Below, in pieces: positions 51,449 through 61,963 of a DNA stretch of 64,000 nt. The stretch lies in the NCBI GenBank assembly GCA_016286165.1, contig JAEESE010000006.1, positions 78,633 to 142,632 on the forward strand, read 5' to 3'. A program made the position numbers and the translations under genes. The DNA comes from Bacteroidaceae bacterium (GTDB lineage: Bacteria > Bacteroidota > Bacteroidia > Bacteroidales > Bacteroidaceae). The first letter of the stretch is position 1. Every line of letters starts with the position of its first letter. Below the pieces are notes generated by a model. It ran no database searches. It was not told the DNA's origin and was given only the letters and a program-made list of their open reading frames with translations.

Positions 51449-53947
51449 TTTCGTTATGAGCATCTTGTGTCCGTTCACTATATATAGTCCCGGACGGAGT
51501 CCGTCGCGGACAGTGTTGTAGGTAGCTCCCGCTTTCAACTTTGTACCGCTGATGTCGTAAACATCGAAAAGCGTAGGCTGTGCTTTTTCGGCAAGAATGT
51601 CGTCGGTATATGGCAGGAAATCGCCTTCAGGATCTTCCTCGTCGTCGGGGACGAGCCCCAGTTCCTCATCGGAAAGCTCATAAGGCGTCATCTTGGAATA
51701 GAGGAACTCCGCTCGCTGGCGCAGCCATTTCTTGGCATTCTCTGCATTTTTGGCGTAATCAGTGTAGTCGGGGTTTGTGTATATGCTACGATTCAACTCA
51801 ATTGTTTCCTTGGCGAAAGCGTAGTAGTCGTCGATGTAGTCTGTGATATCGTCGAGATAAAGGGTCATGAAACGTGTCCAGTACTTGTACATCGCCTTGT
51901 CCACTTTCTCGGAGTTCTGACGGAGTTTCTTGAAGAATGTCACGGCTCCCCAATCGGTGCCGCTGACACCGGTCCAGAATGCCTCCTTGGCTCCGCTGAG
52001 ATAGTAGCTGTGGTTCTTCTCATAACCATAGCTCCAATCGAGGTCCCAAACCGGTCCCCATTTCCATTTGCACGAATCCTCGTATACATTCTCGTGGTAC
52101 AGGAAGGTGCTCTTTGGGTGCATGATTTCGTAGTTTTGAATGAGCTCATTCACGAATAGGAACCGTGCCAGCGACTCAATATCCGTGTGTTCCGATACGT
52201 CGTCGCCGCTCCTTAGCGCCGCTGCCATCTGGTTGAACCTGGTCATAACGTCCTTGTAGGATTCGATTTGCGAGTCCCCGGGGTCTTCAAAGTCCGGCTC
52301 TTTGATTTTAACAGGCTGGTTGTAAGGGCTGGACCTGTAGATTTTCTCGTCGGTATAGGTGTCAAGTTCCACCATGCAGGCAAAAGTCTCGTCGGGCAGG
52401 TCGATACTGTTGTTTGAGAATCCTGATTTTTCCGTGAAGTTGTAGCTGCCCCAATATATGCCGTTCATATAAAGGTCTACGGGCACAATGTGGTTGGCTC
52501 CGTCGGCCCCTATGAGCCCTGCTGCATAATGACCTATGGCGTTGGTGAGCTGCGACCCCGGCTGCTTGTTGGCCAGCAGCACCCAGCTCTTGCCTCCGTG
52601 CAAGCCGAAAGGCTTCATCTTCTGGGGAAATTTGAGGCGGTAAGGATTCTTAGCCCAGTATTGGTTGGACCAGCTGCTGTTGCCGCGGCCCTTGATTTGC
52701 ACGTCAGTGGCTTCCATCGATGGGTAAATGTTTGCCCCGTCGAATGAGATTGTAGCGTTGAGGTAGTAGCTCTTGCTGCTTACGAAGTCCCCGTTCTCTA
52801 CATCTATATAAATGGTTGGAGTGCCAGCCCGTTCGGCAAGCCAGTCGAGTTGCAATTGGTATTTTCGTCCGAAAGGAACGAGGTCGTAGGCGTACTGGGC
52901 TGGCTCAACGATGATTTCCTGATTGCTTATCTTGAAGAGTGCGAACTCGCTCCAACAGAGATAGTTGCTTTGATAGGAACATGCCGTCTGTTCGAAGCGC
53001 AGGTATTTGTATGCAGCCTGAAGGTCGATAGTGGGGGAGAGGAATGTTCCGAGCTGCTCAGTAGGTAAGCCGTCAGTGTCTACAGCGAAGTCGTGGACAA
53101 CAGTCCATGATGCCTTGTTCTTGCTGGCAAACAGACGAAGTCCTGTGGCATAACGTCCTGGATAGTTGCGATTAGTGAAGCTGAACTTGATCTTCTCCAT
53201 TGGTTCCGGCAGCTCTATTTCGAGATATGGGTTTACACCTTCGGGCAGTTTCTCGTAAATGCCTGAGCCCCAAGTGGAGTGGAAGATAGTCTCTACGTCG
53301 CCGTCGAGCAGGTTGCCCGGGTCTTCGCCGTAGTTGCTCGGAGCATTAGTCGAGAGCATGTCGGCTGTAAGAGCGGCCTTCTCCTCTATCTCGTCGCCAA
53401 GCCCAGTGACAGCTTCCTTGGTGAGAACGGAATCAATGATGTTTATGTCGGGATAGGCGGCAGTGATGGTGTGATTCTTCCCCAGTTTCACTCGAGAATA
53501 TTTACTGTACAGGCGGATACTGTCGTCGAGGTAAACCTCGGCTCGTTTGTCGGTTAGCTTGAACGAAGGTGTAGCCCAATGTCCGATGCAGGCCATCTGT
53601 CCGGTGATGAGGCTATCGCCGGTAATCTCGCAGAGAGCGTCGGAGAAGAGCTGATGGTTGAATTTGTTGTTGAACTTGAACGATGTTATCGAGGGCAATA
53701 CCATCTCAAGTTGGTGGTCGTAGTAAAGGATATCGGCCAGGGAATAACGGAACGTGCTGCCGTCTTTCGCCTTGAGCACGAGGGCATTGCTGCCTTCCTG
53801 CACATCAGTAAGAAGCTGTTTGGGATAGATGTCCACTTTCCCTTCGGCACGGACTACGAAAATCGTGTCGGCTTCATCAACAGAGGCTCTGGCAAAGAGG
53901 GCGTTGCACAGAGTCAACACAAGAGCTAAAGAGTAGATTTTCTTCAT
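51446..53947 (-). CDS. CotH-kinase-family protein with an F5/8 type C (discoidin) domain and a T9SS C-terminal sorting domain
   Basis: The start was set at MKKIYSLALVL (cat at 53945-53947), downstream of a minus-strand -7 box. Discoidin-like: NLLDGDVETIFHSTWG. CotH-like: YRLKFPQKMKPFGLHGGKSWVLLAN...VDLYMNGIYWGSYNFTEK. The C-terminus GLYIVNGHKMLITK is typical of T9SS CTDs. Confidence 0.6.
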   Translation of the reverse strand: MKKIYSLALVLTLCNALFARASVDEADTIFVVRAEGKVDIYPKQLLTDVQEGSNALVLKAKDGSTFRYSLADILYYDHQLEMVLPSITSFKFNNKFNHQLFSDALCEITGDSLITGQMACIGHWATPSFKLTDKRAEVYLDDSIRLYSKYSRVKLGKNHTITAAYPDINIIDSVLTKEAVTGLGDEIEEKAALTADMLSTNAPSNYGEDPGNLLDGDVETIFHSTWGSGIYEKLPEGVNPYLEIELPEPMEKIKFSFTNRNYPGRYATGLRLFASKNKASWTVVHDFAVDTDGLPTEQLGTFLSPTIDLQAAYKYLRFEQTACSYQSNYLCWSEFALFKISNQEIIVEPAQYAYDLVPFGRKYQLQLDWLAERAGTPTIYIDVENGDFVSSKSYYLNATISFDGANIYPSMEATDVQIKGRGNSSWSNQYWAKNPYRLKFPQKMKPFGLHGGKSWVLLANKQPGSQLTNAIGHYAAGLIGADGANHIVPVDLYMNGIYWGSYNFTEKSGFSNNSIDLPDETFACMVELDTYTDEKIYRSSPYNQPVKIKEPDFEDPGDSQIESYKDVMTRFNQMAAALRSGDDVSEHTDIESLARFLFVNELIQNYEIMHPKSTFLYHENVYEDSCKWKWGPVWDLDWSYGYEKNHSYYLSGAKEAFWTGVSGTDWGAVTFFKKLRQNSEKVDKAMYKYWTRFMTLYLDDITDYIDDYYAFAKETIELNRSIYTNPDYTDYAKNAENAKKWLRQRAEFLYSKMTPYELSDEELGLVPDDEEDPEGDFLPYTDDILAEKAQPTLFDVYDISGTKLKAGATYNTVRDGLRPGLYIVNGHKMLITK

Positions 53948-53989
53948 GTGTGAGAGCCCAAGACAGGGCGTATTTGGTTTTTCTGCGTG

Positions 53990-53997
53990 CAAAAGTA
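53990..53997 (-). promoter_or_regulatory. -7 box TACTTTTG (minus strand) for the CotH-like gene
   Basis: Plus strand reads caaaagta, 43 nt upstream of the chosen start at 53947. Confidence 0.5.
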
Positions 53998-54040
53998 GTA
54001 AAAAGTTTGGCTTGAAGTGTCTTTGGAAACAATTTTTTTG

Positions 54041-54048
54041 TAATTTTG
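54041..54048 (+). promoter_or_regulatory. -7 box TAATTTTG for the Crp/Fnr regulator gene
   Basis: Exact TAnnTTTG match 20 nt upstream of the ATG at 54068. Confidence 0.5.
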
Positions 54049-54067
54049 CGCGCGAAAAAGCAAAAGA

Positions 54068-54739
54068 ATGCAGGAATCTATGTTTACGATGCTCCTGACC
54101 TTGCCTCTTTTTCAAGGCCTGAGCTATGATGATGTGACACGTATCGTCGAGTCGACGAGGCTCGACTTCAGTACGTTGACGGAAGGGGCTATACTCTGCC
54201 GGCAGGACGAGCCGTGCACCGACCTGCATATCATCATCGACGGACGCCTCAAGGCCCGAACCGCTTCGGCTGACCGCTCGTGGGCCGTTGAGGAGGAGGT
54301 GACGGAGCGCAGCATCGTAGGTTTGGATGTGCTGTACGGTCGCCGTCGTACACATGCGAGCACCTTCACGGCCTTGACCACAACCCGCATACTCAGCATT
54401 GACAAGCGCACTATGGGCGCTCTCTTCCGCTACTTCGAGGTGATGCAGATTAATGCATTCAACGTGCTCACCAGTCAGATTGCCACTCGAGACCGCGTAA
54501 TGTGGCTGCCGCCTGCAGACTCGCTGGAGCAGCGTCTTACGAGATTCATGCTGTCTCACGTTTCACGTCCGGCAGGGCGTAAGCGCTTCGATATTTCCAT
54601 GGCTCTGCTTGGCCGTTATCTCGGCGAGGACCAGCGACGTATAAGCAAAGCCCTCCACAATATGATGGCCGACGGTCTGGTGAATCTGCAGCGCAGAGCC
54701 GTTGAAGTGCCGGCGTTCGAAAAGCTTTTGTTAAGATAA
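54068..54739 (+). CDS. Crp/Fnr family transcriptional regulator
   Basis: A cNMP-binding-like N-terminus (LPLFQGLSYDDVTRIV...) and a C-terminal HTH region (ALLGRYLGEDQRRISKALHNM). Confidence 0.8.
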   Translation: MQESMFTMLLTLPLFQGLSYDDVTRIVESTRLDFSTLTEGAILCRQDEPCTDLHIIIDGRLKARTASADRSWAVEEEVTERSIVGLDVLYGRRRTHASTFTALTTTRILSIDKRTMGALFRYFEVMQINAFNVLTSQIATRDRVMWLPPADSLEQRLTRFMLSHVSRPAGRKRFDISMALLGRYLGEDQRRISKALHNMMADGLVNLQRRAVEVPAFEKLLLR

Positions 54740-54765
54740 ACTTAAAAACAACATTAGAATTCATT

Positions 54766-56907
54766 ATGCAGAATTCCGAATCACATATCAATCCCCTTTT
54801 CAATAAAGACTACGGTACTCCTCATAATACCCCTCCTTTTGACCGCATCCTATTCGAGGACTATGAGCCGGCAATCATGGAGGCGCTGAAGCTTGATAAT
54901 GCTTTCATCGACCGCATAGTGTCGAACCCGGAGCCTCCAACCTTCGACAACACTATTGCCATCACCACCCCTGATGATATGTTGGAGCGTGTGACGAAGG
55001 TATTTTTCAACCTGCTTTCGGCTAATACCAACGATGAAATGGACGCGCTGGCGCAGAAGCTGTCGCCAATCCTCACCGAGCACGCTAACAATATAATGTT
55101 CAACCGCGCTTATTTCGAGCGCGTCGAGGCTGTATACAAACAATATGCAGATGGCTCAGCGTTTGGCGTTGCAGCTACATCGTCGTCGAATCCTTCAGCA
55201 CGCGAACTCACGCCCGAGGAGCAGATGCTCTTGAAGAATGCTTACGAGGGATTCCTCAGAGCAGGCGTGGCATTGCCCGACGATGAACAGCAGCACCTGC
55301 GCGAGATAAACAACAAACTCGGACTGCTGACCTTACAGTTCTCGCAGAACAACCTAAAGGAAACGAATGCCTATGAGCTCAGAATAACCGATGAGGCTCA
55401 GCTCGCAGGCCTCACTCCTACGTCGCGCGAAGCAGCTGCAAATGCCGCCAAGGAGCACGGCTACGAAGGTTGGCTCTTCACACTGCATGCACCATCGTAT
55501 GGCCCGTTTATGACATATGCCGACAACCGTGAACTACGTCGGCAGTTGTACATGGCTAAAAACACTCTTTGCATCAAGGACAACGAATACAACAACGAGG
55601 AAATAGTGCGCCAGATAGTGAACTTGCGCCTCGAACGTGCCAACATCCTCGGCTTCAAAACTTATGCCGATTACGTGCTTGTGCATCGTATGGCTGAAAG
55701 CAAGGAGCGCGTTTACGAGCTGCTCGACCAGCTGCTTAACGCATACCTTGAGCCTGCCCGTAAGGAGATTGCCGAGATAGAGGCTCTGGCACGCCGCCTT
55801 GAAGGCGACGACTTCAAGGTGGAGCCTTGGGATTTCTCGTACTACGGCCATAAGCTGAAGATGGAACGTTTCAATATCGATGCTGAAATGTTGAGGCCCT
55901 ACCTTGAACTCTCGCGTGTGCGCGAGGGCGTCTTCGGCTTGGCTACCCGTCTGTATGGCATAACATTCAAGAGAAACACTGATATTCCTGTATATCATCC
56001 TGATGTTGAGGCCTATGAGGTCATCGATAAAGACGGGTCGTTCCTTGCAGTGCTCTTCACCGATTTCTTCCCACGCGAAGGTAAACAGAGCGGAGCCTGG
56101 ATGACATCGTTCAAGGAACAATGGATAGGACGTGAAGAAACAGAAGAGCTTAAAGGCGAAAAGGCCCCGCTGAAGAACAGCCGTCCTCACGTCTCTCTCG
56201 TCATGAATTTCACTAAGCCGACGCCGACAAAACCGGCCTTGCTTACACTTGGTGAAGTGGAGACTTTCCTCCACGAATTCGGTCATGCGCTGCATGGTAT
56301 ATTTGCCAATACGCGCTACTCTTCACTGTCGGGCACAAATGTTTATTGGGACTTCGTTGAGCTGCCGTCGCAACTGATGGAGAACTTCGCCGTAGAACCG
56401 GGCTTCCTCGACACTTTCGCCCTCCATTATCAGACAGGCGAGCCGTTGCCTCAAGAGTTGATTCAGCGAATCATTGACAGTCGCAACTTCAACGTGGCTT
56501 ATGCCTGTGTTCGACAAGTGAGCTTCGCGTTGCTCGACATGGCATATTATACCCGCACAGAACCTCTTACCGAGGACGTGCCAACATTCGAGCGCGAAGC
56601 CTGGCACAAGGCTATCCTTATTCCTGAAGTGCCCGGAACGTGTATGTCGGTGCAGTTCTCGCATATCATGTCGGGCGGTTATGCTGCCGGCTACTATTCA
56701 TATAAGTGGGCAGAGGTGCTGGATGCTGATGCTTTCGCCCTCTTCAAGCAGGCCGGCATCTTCGACCGTGCTACTGCACAGCGCTTCCGCGACGAGATAT
56801 TGTCGCGCGGCGGCACGGAGCATCCCATGACTCTGTACCGTCGATTCCGAGGCGGTGAACCTACTATCAACGCTCTGTTGGAAAGAAACGGGATAATCAA
56901 GAAGTGA
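54766..56907 (+). CDS. dcp: M3 family peptidyl-dipeptidase
   Basis: 713 aa with the HEFGHALH zinc motif and M3 length and architecture. Confidence 0.85.
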   Translation: MQNSESHINPLFNKDYGTPHNTPPFDRILFEDYEPAIMEALKLDNAFIDRIVSNPEPPTFDNTIAITTPDDMLERVTKVFFNLLSANTNDEMDALAQKLSPILTEHANNIMFNRAYFERVEAVYKQYADGSAFGVAATSSSNPSARELTPEEQMLLKNAYEGFLRAGVALPDDEQQHLREINNKLGLLTLQFSQNNLKETNAYELRITDEAQLAGLTPTSREAAANAAKEHGYEGWLFTLHAPSYGPFMTYADNRELRRQLYMAKNTLCIKDNEYNNEEIVRQIVNLRLERANILGFKTYADYVLVHRMAESKERVYELLDQLLNAYLEPARKEIAEIEALARRLEGDDFKVEPWDFSYYGHKLKMERFNIDAEMLRPYLELSRVREGVFGLATRLYGITFKRNTDIPVYHPDVEAYEVIDKDGSFLAVLFTDFFPREGKQSGAWMTSFKEQWIGREETEELKGEKAPLKNSRPHVSLVMNFTKPTPTKPALLTLGEVETFLHEFGHALHGIFANTRYSSLSGTNVYWDFVELPSQLMENFAVEPGFLDTFALHYQTGEPLPQELIQRIIDSRNFNVAYACVRQVSFALLDMAYYTRTEPLTEDVPTFEREAWHKAILIPEVPGTCMSVQFSHIMSGGYAAGYYSYKWAEVLDADAFALFKQAGIFDRATAQRFRDEILSRGGTEHPMTLYRRFRGGEPTINALLERNGIIKK

Positions 56908-56931
56908 CTTATACATTATTACTTTAGCATT

Positions 56932-57348
56932 ATGAATCCAGATTTAGATAAACGCTATTTGCGCATGGCTCGCATTTGGAGCGAGAACAGCTACTGCCAG
57001 CGCCGACAAGTGGGCGCACTCATCGTCAAGAACAAGATGATTATCAGCGACGGATACAACGGCACGCCCTCTGGCTTCGAGAATATTTGCGAAGAAAATG
57101 GCGTTACCAAGCCCTACGTGTTGCATGCTGAGGCCAATGCCATAACCAAAATAGCACGCTCGGGCAACAACTCCGAAGGAGCGACGCTTTACGTCACCGA
57201 CTCGCCTTGCATAGAATGTGCCAAGCTTATCATCCAAGCAGGAATCAAGCGAGTGGTCTATGCTCGCGACTATCGTCTCACCGACGGCATCGACCTGCTC
57301 AGGCGTGCAAACATCGAAGTGGAGCTCATGCCCATAGAAGAAAAGTAA
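56932..57348 (+). CDS. dCMP deaminase (ComEB family)
   Basis: HAEANAI and SPCIECAKLI zinc-binding motifs; 138 aa. Confidence 0.88.
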   Translation: MNPDLDKRYLRMARIWSENSYCQRRQVGALIVKNKMIISDGYNGTPSGFENICEENGVTKPYVLHAEANAITKIARSGNNSEGATLYVTDSPCIECAKLIIQAGIKRVVYARDYRLTDGIDLLRRANIEVELMPIEEK

Positions 57349-57367
57349 TCCAACACATTATTTATAA

Positions 57368-59074
57368 ATGAACACGAAATCGCGTATCGTTCCTTTGCTT
57401 TTGGCAATAGCCGTTGTGATAGGCATTGTCATTGGAACCTTCTACACAAGCCATTTCTCAGGAAAACGGCTCAATATAATCAACACAGGCAGCAACAAGC
57501 TCAATTATCTGCTGCAGATTATCGACAATAACTATGTCGACACTGTCAACGCACAGATGCTCATTGAAAGTGCTATGCCGCAGATCTTGTCGGAACTTGA
57601 CCCGCATTCAAGCTATATTAGTGCCGAGGATGCCGAAGAAAGCACCGACGAGCTCAAAGGCTCGTTCTCCGGCATTGGAGTTAGATTCACAATGCAGGGC
57701 GACACCGTCAACGTGATGAACGTCATCAAGGGCGGACCGTCAGAGCGAGTAGGTATCCTGCCGGGCGACCGCATTATTGCAGCCGACGACAGCACGCTCA
57801 TCGGGCTCGAGAACCGCGATGTGATGAAGCGCCTGCGCGGACCTAAGAATTCAAAGGTGAAGCTTACCGTCAGCCGTCATGGCACACGTGAACCCTTGAC
57901 GTTCAATGTCGTACGAGGTGATGTGCCCGTTGAGAGCGTCGACGCAGCTTTCATGATCGACGACAAGACGGGTTATATTGCCATTGAGAGCTTTGGCGAG
58001 TCTACTTATCCTGAAATGCTTTCAGCTCTCGCTCAGCTCAGTGCTCAAGGTCTCTCGAATCTCATCATAGACCTACGCGGCAACCGCGGAGGATATATGC
58101 AGACTGCTATTATGATGGTCAACGAGTTCCTGCCGGCAGGTGAACTCGTCGTGTATACCGAAGGGCGTAAATCACCACGCGAGGAATACCGGACCGATGG
58201 GCATGGTTCATTCCAGAAGATGCCGCTCATAGTGCTTGTTGACGAAGGTTCAGCCTCTGCTTCAGAGATTTTTGCAGGAGCCATTCAGGACAACGACCGC
58301 GGTACTATCATAGGCCGTCGTTCCTTCGGTAAGGGACTCGTACAGCAGCCCATAGAATTTAAGGACGGAAGCATAGTTCGTCTTACCATCGCTCGCTACT
58401 ACACGCCATCGGGCCGTTGCATACAAAAGCCTTATGAAAAGGGACATGGCGAGGACTACGAGAACGACCTCATCGCCCGTTACGAGCGCGGAGAGTTCTT
58501 CTCGGCAGACAGTATCCATCAGGAAGGTCCTGAATATAAGACCCGCTTGGGAAGAACCGTATACGGAGGAGGTGGCATTATGCCGGATATCTTTGTACCG
58601 GAGGACACCACTCTCTACACTTCCTACTTCCGCGAAGCTCTTTTCACAGGTCTTACGATTCAGTTTGCCTTCAACTACACAGATCAGAACCGTCAACAAC
58701 TGTCCCGCTTCAAGAGCGCCGACGAACTTGCTGCTTACCTCCAGCGCCAGAACCTTCTCGAGCAGTTTGCGCAGTTCGCTGATCAGCACGGACTTAAGCG
58801 TCGGAACCTGATGTTGCAGCGCAGCGCCCCGTTGTTCCAGCGCAACCTTATCTCAAACATTATTTACAACACTCAGGAACAGCAGTGGCGAATGCAATAT
58901 CTTGTCAAGGAAGATCCTTCAGTTCAGCGTGCTCTACAGCTCTTCCGCGACGGAGCGGCCTTCCCAAAGCTGGATAAGGACAAGAAAATGTCGAGGGCTG
59001 AGTTCTCGAACAAGTTCGGCATGACCAACGTACACCACACGAACGGCTTCCACTATATCACTATTCTTTCCTAA
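57368..59074 (+). CDS. S41 family C-terminal processing peptidase
   Basis: N-terminal TM helix, a PDZ-like segment (GGPSERVGILPGDRIIAAD), and the catalytic region LVDEGSASASEIFAGAIQDN. Confidence 0.88.
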   Translation: MNTKSRIVPLLLAIAVVIGIVIGTFYTSHFSGKRLNIINTGSNKLNYLLQIIDNNYVDTVNAQMLIESAMPQILSELDPHSSYISAEDAEESTDELKGSFSGIGVRFTMQGDTVNVMNVIKGGPSERVGILPGDRIIAADDSTLIGLENRDVMKRLRGPKNSKVKLTVSRHGTREPLTFNVVRGDVPVESVDAAFMIDDKTGYIAIESFGESTYPEMLSALAQLSAQGLSNLIIDLRGNRGGYMQTAIMMVNEFLPAGELVVYTEGRKSPREEYRTDGHGSFQKMPLIVLVDEGSASASEIFAGAIQDNDRGTIIGRRSFGKGLVQQPIEFKDGSIVRLTIARYYTPSGRCIQKPYEKGHGEDYENDLIARYERGEFFSADSIHQEGPEYKTRLGRTVYGGGGIMPDIFVPEDTTLYTSYFREALFTGLTIQFAFNYTDQNRQQLSRFKSADELAAYLQRQNLLEQFAQFADQHGLKRRNLMLQRSAPLFQRNLISNIIYNTQEQQWRMQYLVKEDPSVQRALQLFRDGAAFPKLDKDKKMSRAEFSNKFGMTNVHHTNGFHYITILS

Positions 59075-59095
59075 TACAATAATTCATTATTCCCC

Positions 59096-60553
59096 GTGGC
59101 AAGAAAAAGGAAACCATTGCCCCGAATTGAGGGCGTCAAGATACAAAGCATAGCAGCTGAAGGTAAGTCCATTGTCAGAATCGATGACTTGGTCGTATTC
59201 GTGCCGTTCGTCATTCCCGGGGATGTTGTGGACTTGCAGCTTACGAAAAAGAAACACTCTTATGCCGAGGCTGAAGCGGTTCGGTTGGTCGAGCCTTCGC
59301 CTGACCGCATAGCACCTGTTTGTCCTCACTTCGGAGTCTGTGGTGGCTGCAAATGGCAGATGCTGCCTTACGAGTTGCAGCTGGCAGCAAAGCAACAACA
59401 GGTGATGGACGCGCTGACACGAATAGGTAAGGTTGAACTTCCTGCCTGCTCACCGATACTTGGCTCTAAGCAGACGCTTGAGTATCGCAACAAACTTGAG
59501 TTCGGATTCGCCAATCGTCGCTGGCTGACAAAGGAGCAAATACTCTCAGGAGAGCAGTTTGAACGGCAGGAAAGCGTAGGCTATCATGCCAACGGCACTT
59601 TCGATAAGATTCTGCCTATCGAGGAATGCCACCTCATGTCGCCTGTAAACGACCGTTTGCGCCTGGCAATCCGCGATTATGCCTATGCTCACGACCTCAC
59701 GTTCTTTGATGCTCGCGAGCACACAGGACTGCTTCGTGGCATGATGATCCGCCTGTCAAACACAGGTGGTCTGATGCTCCTCATGCAATTCTGTATAGCA
59801 ACACCCGAGGAGCAGGAGCAGGCCGAAGCACTGTTAGCTTTCATCAGAGACAGTTTCCCCGAAATCACCTCACTGCTTTACGTCAATAATCAGAAGTTCA
59901 ACGACACCTTCTCAGACCTGCCCGTCTATGTCTTTTCAGGCGACGACCACATATTCCTCGAGATGGAAGGCCTGCGGTTTAAGGTCGGCCCGAAGAGTTT
60001 TTACCAGACTAATACCGAGCAGGCATATGAATTATACAAGGTGGCAAGAGAGTTCGCATTTGGACCGGTTGATGGTCAAGATAGTCTCTCATCACAAGGT
60101 GATTTAGAGGGACCTTTGGTCTACGATCTCTACACAGGCACCGGCACCATTGCTAACTTCGTAGCTCGTCAGGCTCGTCAGGTTATAGGTATAGAATATG
60201 TGCCCGAAGCTATCGAGGACGCCAAGGTCAACAGCCAGATCAACGGTATTACCAATACGTTGTTCTATGCAGGCGACATGAAAGACATTCTCACCAACGA
60301 CTTTATCAGTCGCCATGGACGCCCTGACATTATTATCACTGACCCGCCCCGTGCCGGCATGCACGCTGATGTAGTCAACGTCATCCTCAATGCCGAGCCA
60401 AAGCGAATAGTTTATGTCAGTTGTAATCCTGCCACCCAGGCTCGCGATCTTTCGCTGCTTGACGTGGGTTATCGTGTAGCCCGCATCCAGCCAGTCGACA
60501 TGTTCCCGCATACTCAGCATGTCGAAAACGTTGTGTTGCTCGAAAGAAGATAA
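59096..60553 (+). CDS. rlmD: 23S rRNA (uracil-5-)-methyltransferase RlmD/RumA
   Basis: TRAM domain, CPHFGVCGGCKWQ Fe-S motif, SAM motif DLYTGTGTI, and DPPRAG. GTG start. Confidence 0.88.
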   Translation: MARKRKPLPRIEGVKIQSIAAEGKSIVRIDDLVVFVPFVIPGDVVDLQLTKKKHSYAEAEAVRLVEPSPDRIAPVCPHFGVCGGCKWQMLPYELQLAAKQQQVMDALTRIGKVELPACSPILGSKQTLEYRNKLEFGFANRRWLTKEQILSGEQFERQESVGYHANGTFDKILPIEECHLMSPVNDRLRLAIRDYAYAHDLTFFDAREHTGLLRGMMIRLSNTGGLMLLMQFCIATPEEQEQAEALLAFIRDSFPEITSLLYVNNQKFNDTFSDLPVYVFSGDDHIFLEMEGLRFKVGPKSFYQTNTEQAYELYKVAREFAFGPVDGQDSLSSQGDLEGPLVYDLYTGTGTIANFVARQARQVIGIEYVPEAIEDAKVNSQINGITNTLFYAGDMKDILTNDFISRHGRPDIIITDPPRAGMHADVVNVILNAEPKRIVYVSCNPATQARDLSLLDVGYRVARIQPVDMFPHTQHVENVVLLERR

Positions 60554-60625
60554 CTGACCGAGCGTTTCGATAGGCAACATTGCTTCTCTCGTAGTCTTAA
60601 ACCGGTTGACACACTAAAAACCGCC

Positions 60626-61963
60626 ATGCGCAAAATAATTGTCCTTTTTGTCTTCTTTTGCTTCCAGCATCTTAACGCTCAAGACCTTGCCACTCGTCTT
60701 GCAGCTAGCGATTATCGTCTGTCTTATGACGATACGCGGACGCTTGCCGTGGATGTTCATGCGCTTGCGTTCTTCAAGGATAATGAGTTTGGCGGCGATC
60801 AGGCAACTGGCTACACGCTTCCGGGATTTTGGCTACAGCCGCGTCTGACCTATCAGCCCTTGGATGCCGTCCGCCTGGAAGCTGGCCTACATGCCATAGT
60901 CTTCAACGGAGCCAACAAATATCCTTGTTACGCTTACCACGATATCTCTCTTTGGAAAGGAGCTCAGTACCAACGTGGCGCTCACGTTCTGCCATTCTTC
61001 AGAGCCCAGGCTCAGTTGCGGCGGCTCAATTTTGTCTTAGGTGATATCTACGGCGGAGCAAACCACGGCCTTGTGGAGCCTCTGATGAATCATGAAGTCA
61101 ACCTCACCCAAGACCCTGAGATGGGTTTCCAACTTCTTGCAGACCTCCCTCGTTATCACTTTGATGCTTGGATCAATTGGCAGAGTTTCATCTTCCGCGA
61201 GGACAACCATCAGGAAGCCTTCACCGTAGGTCTCTCGCAGCGAATAGGCCTGTTCTCCACGGCTTCTCGCAAAGCTGAATCACAAGGCTCGCTGCGTTCA
61301 GCAGCCTCTTATGTGTCTCCTTTTGCTTCTTTGTCTCAAACTGCAGCCCCCTCCATTTCACTTTACATTCCCATAGACATTCTGATTCAACATCGAGGAG
61401 GTGAGATAGACAATACGGATATGGGCGCGCAGACTATTGACAATGCGGCCATCGGCTTAGGCCTTCGCTGGAATAACAAAGGAAGGATTTTCAATGGATT
61501 GACAGCTGAGGCATTGGCTCTTGGCTGTTTGCAACAATCAGGTAATCTATGGCCTTTCGACAATGGCTTAGGCGCCTCTGTTAGCCTTAGTGCCGATTTC
61601 CTGCGTCAGCTTCGTATCTTCGCTACCACAGTCTACGGAAAGGACTTCTGTCCCATCTACGGTGCTCCGTTCTTCTCTACTTATTCCACTAAGACTGGTG
61701 GTAGTTTCGAACATATTCTTACTTCTCACGTTGGTGCAGAATGGAGCCATACCTTTGCTCGTGACTACGTTCTTGGTGCTAAGGTTGACACTTATCTCTG
61801 CTCAACTGGCGAAGAAACAATTCCCGCAGAAGCCACAACTATTGAGCACGGCGGCTCTCCGTCAGGCCTTGTCACTCGTCCTTCTGCTTTTAAGAACAAT
61901 TTCTCCTTTGGCGTCTTCTTCCGCTGTAGTCCTCGCTTCGAGTTGAAACGGTTCAAGCGATGA
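60626..61963 (+). CDS. Hypothetical outer-membrane beta-barrel-like protein
   Basis: 445 aa with a signal peptide (…FQHLNAQ), alternating beta-strand pattern and an aromatic-rich C-terminus. Confidence 0.5.
   Translation: MRKIIVLFVFFCFQHLNAQDLATRLAASDYRLSYDDTRTLAVDVHALAFFKDNEFGGDQATGYTLPGFWLQPRLTYQPLDAVRLEAGLHAIVFNGANKYPCYAYHDISLWKGAQYQRGAHVLPFFRAQAQLRRLNFVLGDIYGGANHGLVEPLMNHEVNLTQDPEMGFQLLADLPRYHFDAWINWQSFIFREDNHQEAFTVGLSQRIGLFSTASRKAESQGSLRSAASYVSPFASLSQTAAPSISLYIPIDILIQHRGGEIDNTDMGAQTIDNAAIGLGLRWNNKGRIFNGLTAEALALGCLQQSGNLWPFDNGLGASVSLSADFLRQLRIFATTVYGKDFCPIYGAPFFSTYSTKTGGSFEHILTSHVGAEWSHTFARDYVLGAKVDTYLCSTGEETIPAEATTIEHGGSPSGLVTRPSAFKNNFSFGVFFRCSPRFELKRFKR

Noticed and set aside
53948-54559. 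The N-terminal 204 codons of the 1037-aa ORF version of the CotH-like gene.
   Set aside because: This part overlaps the divergent Crp gene and its promoter and has no protein-like features. A signal peptide (MKKIYSLALVL) with its own minus-strand -7 box begins at 53947.
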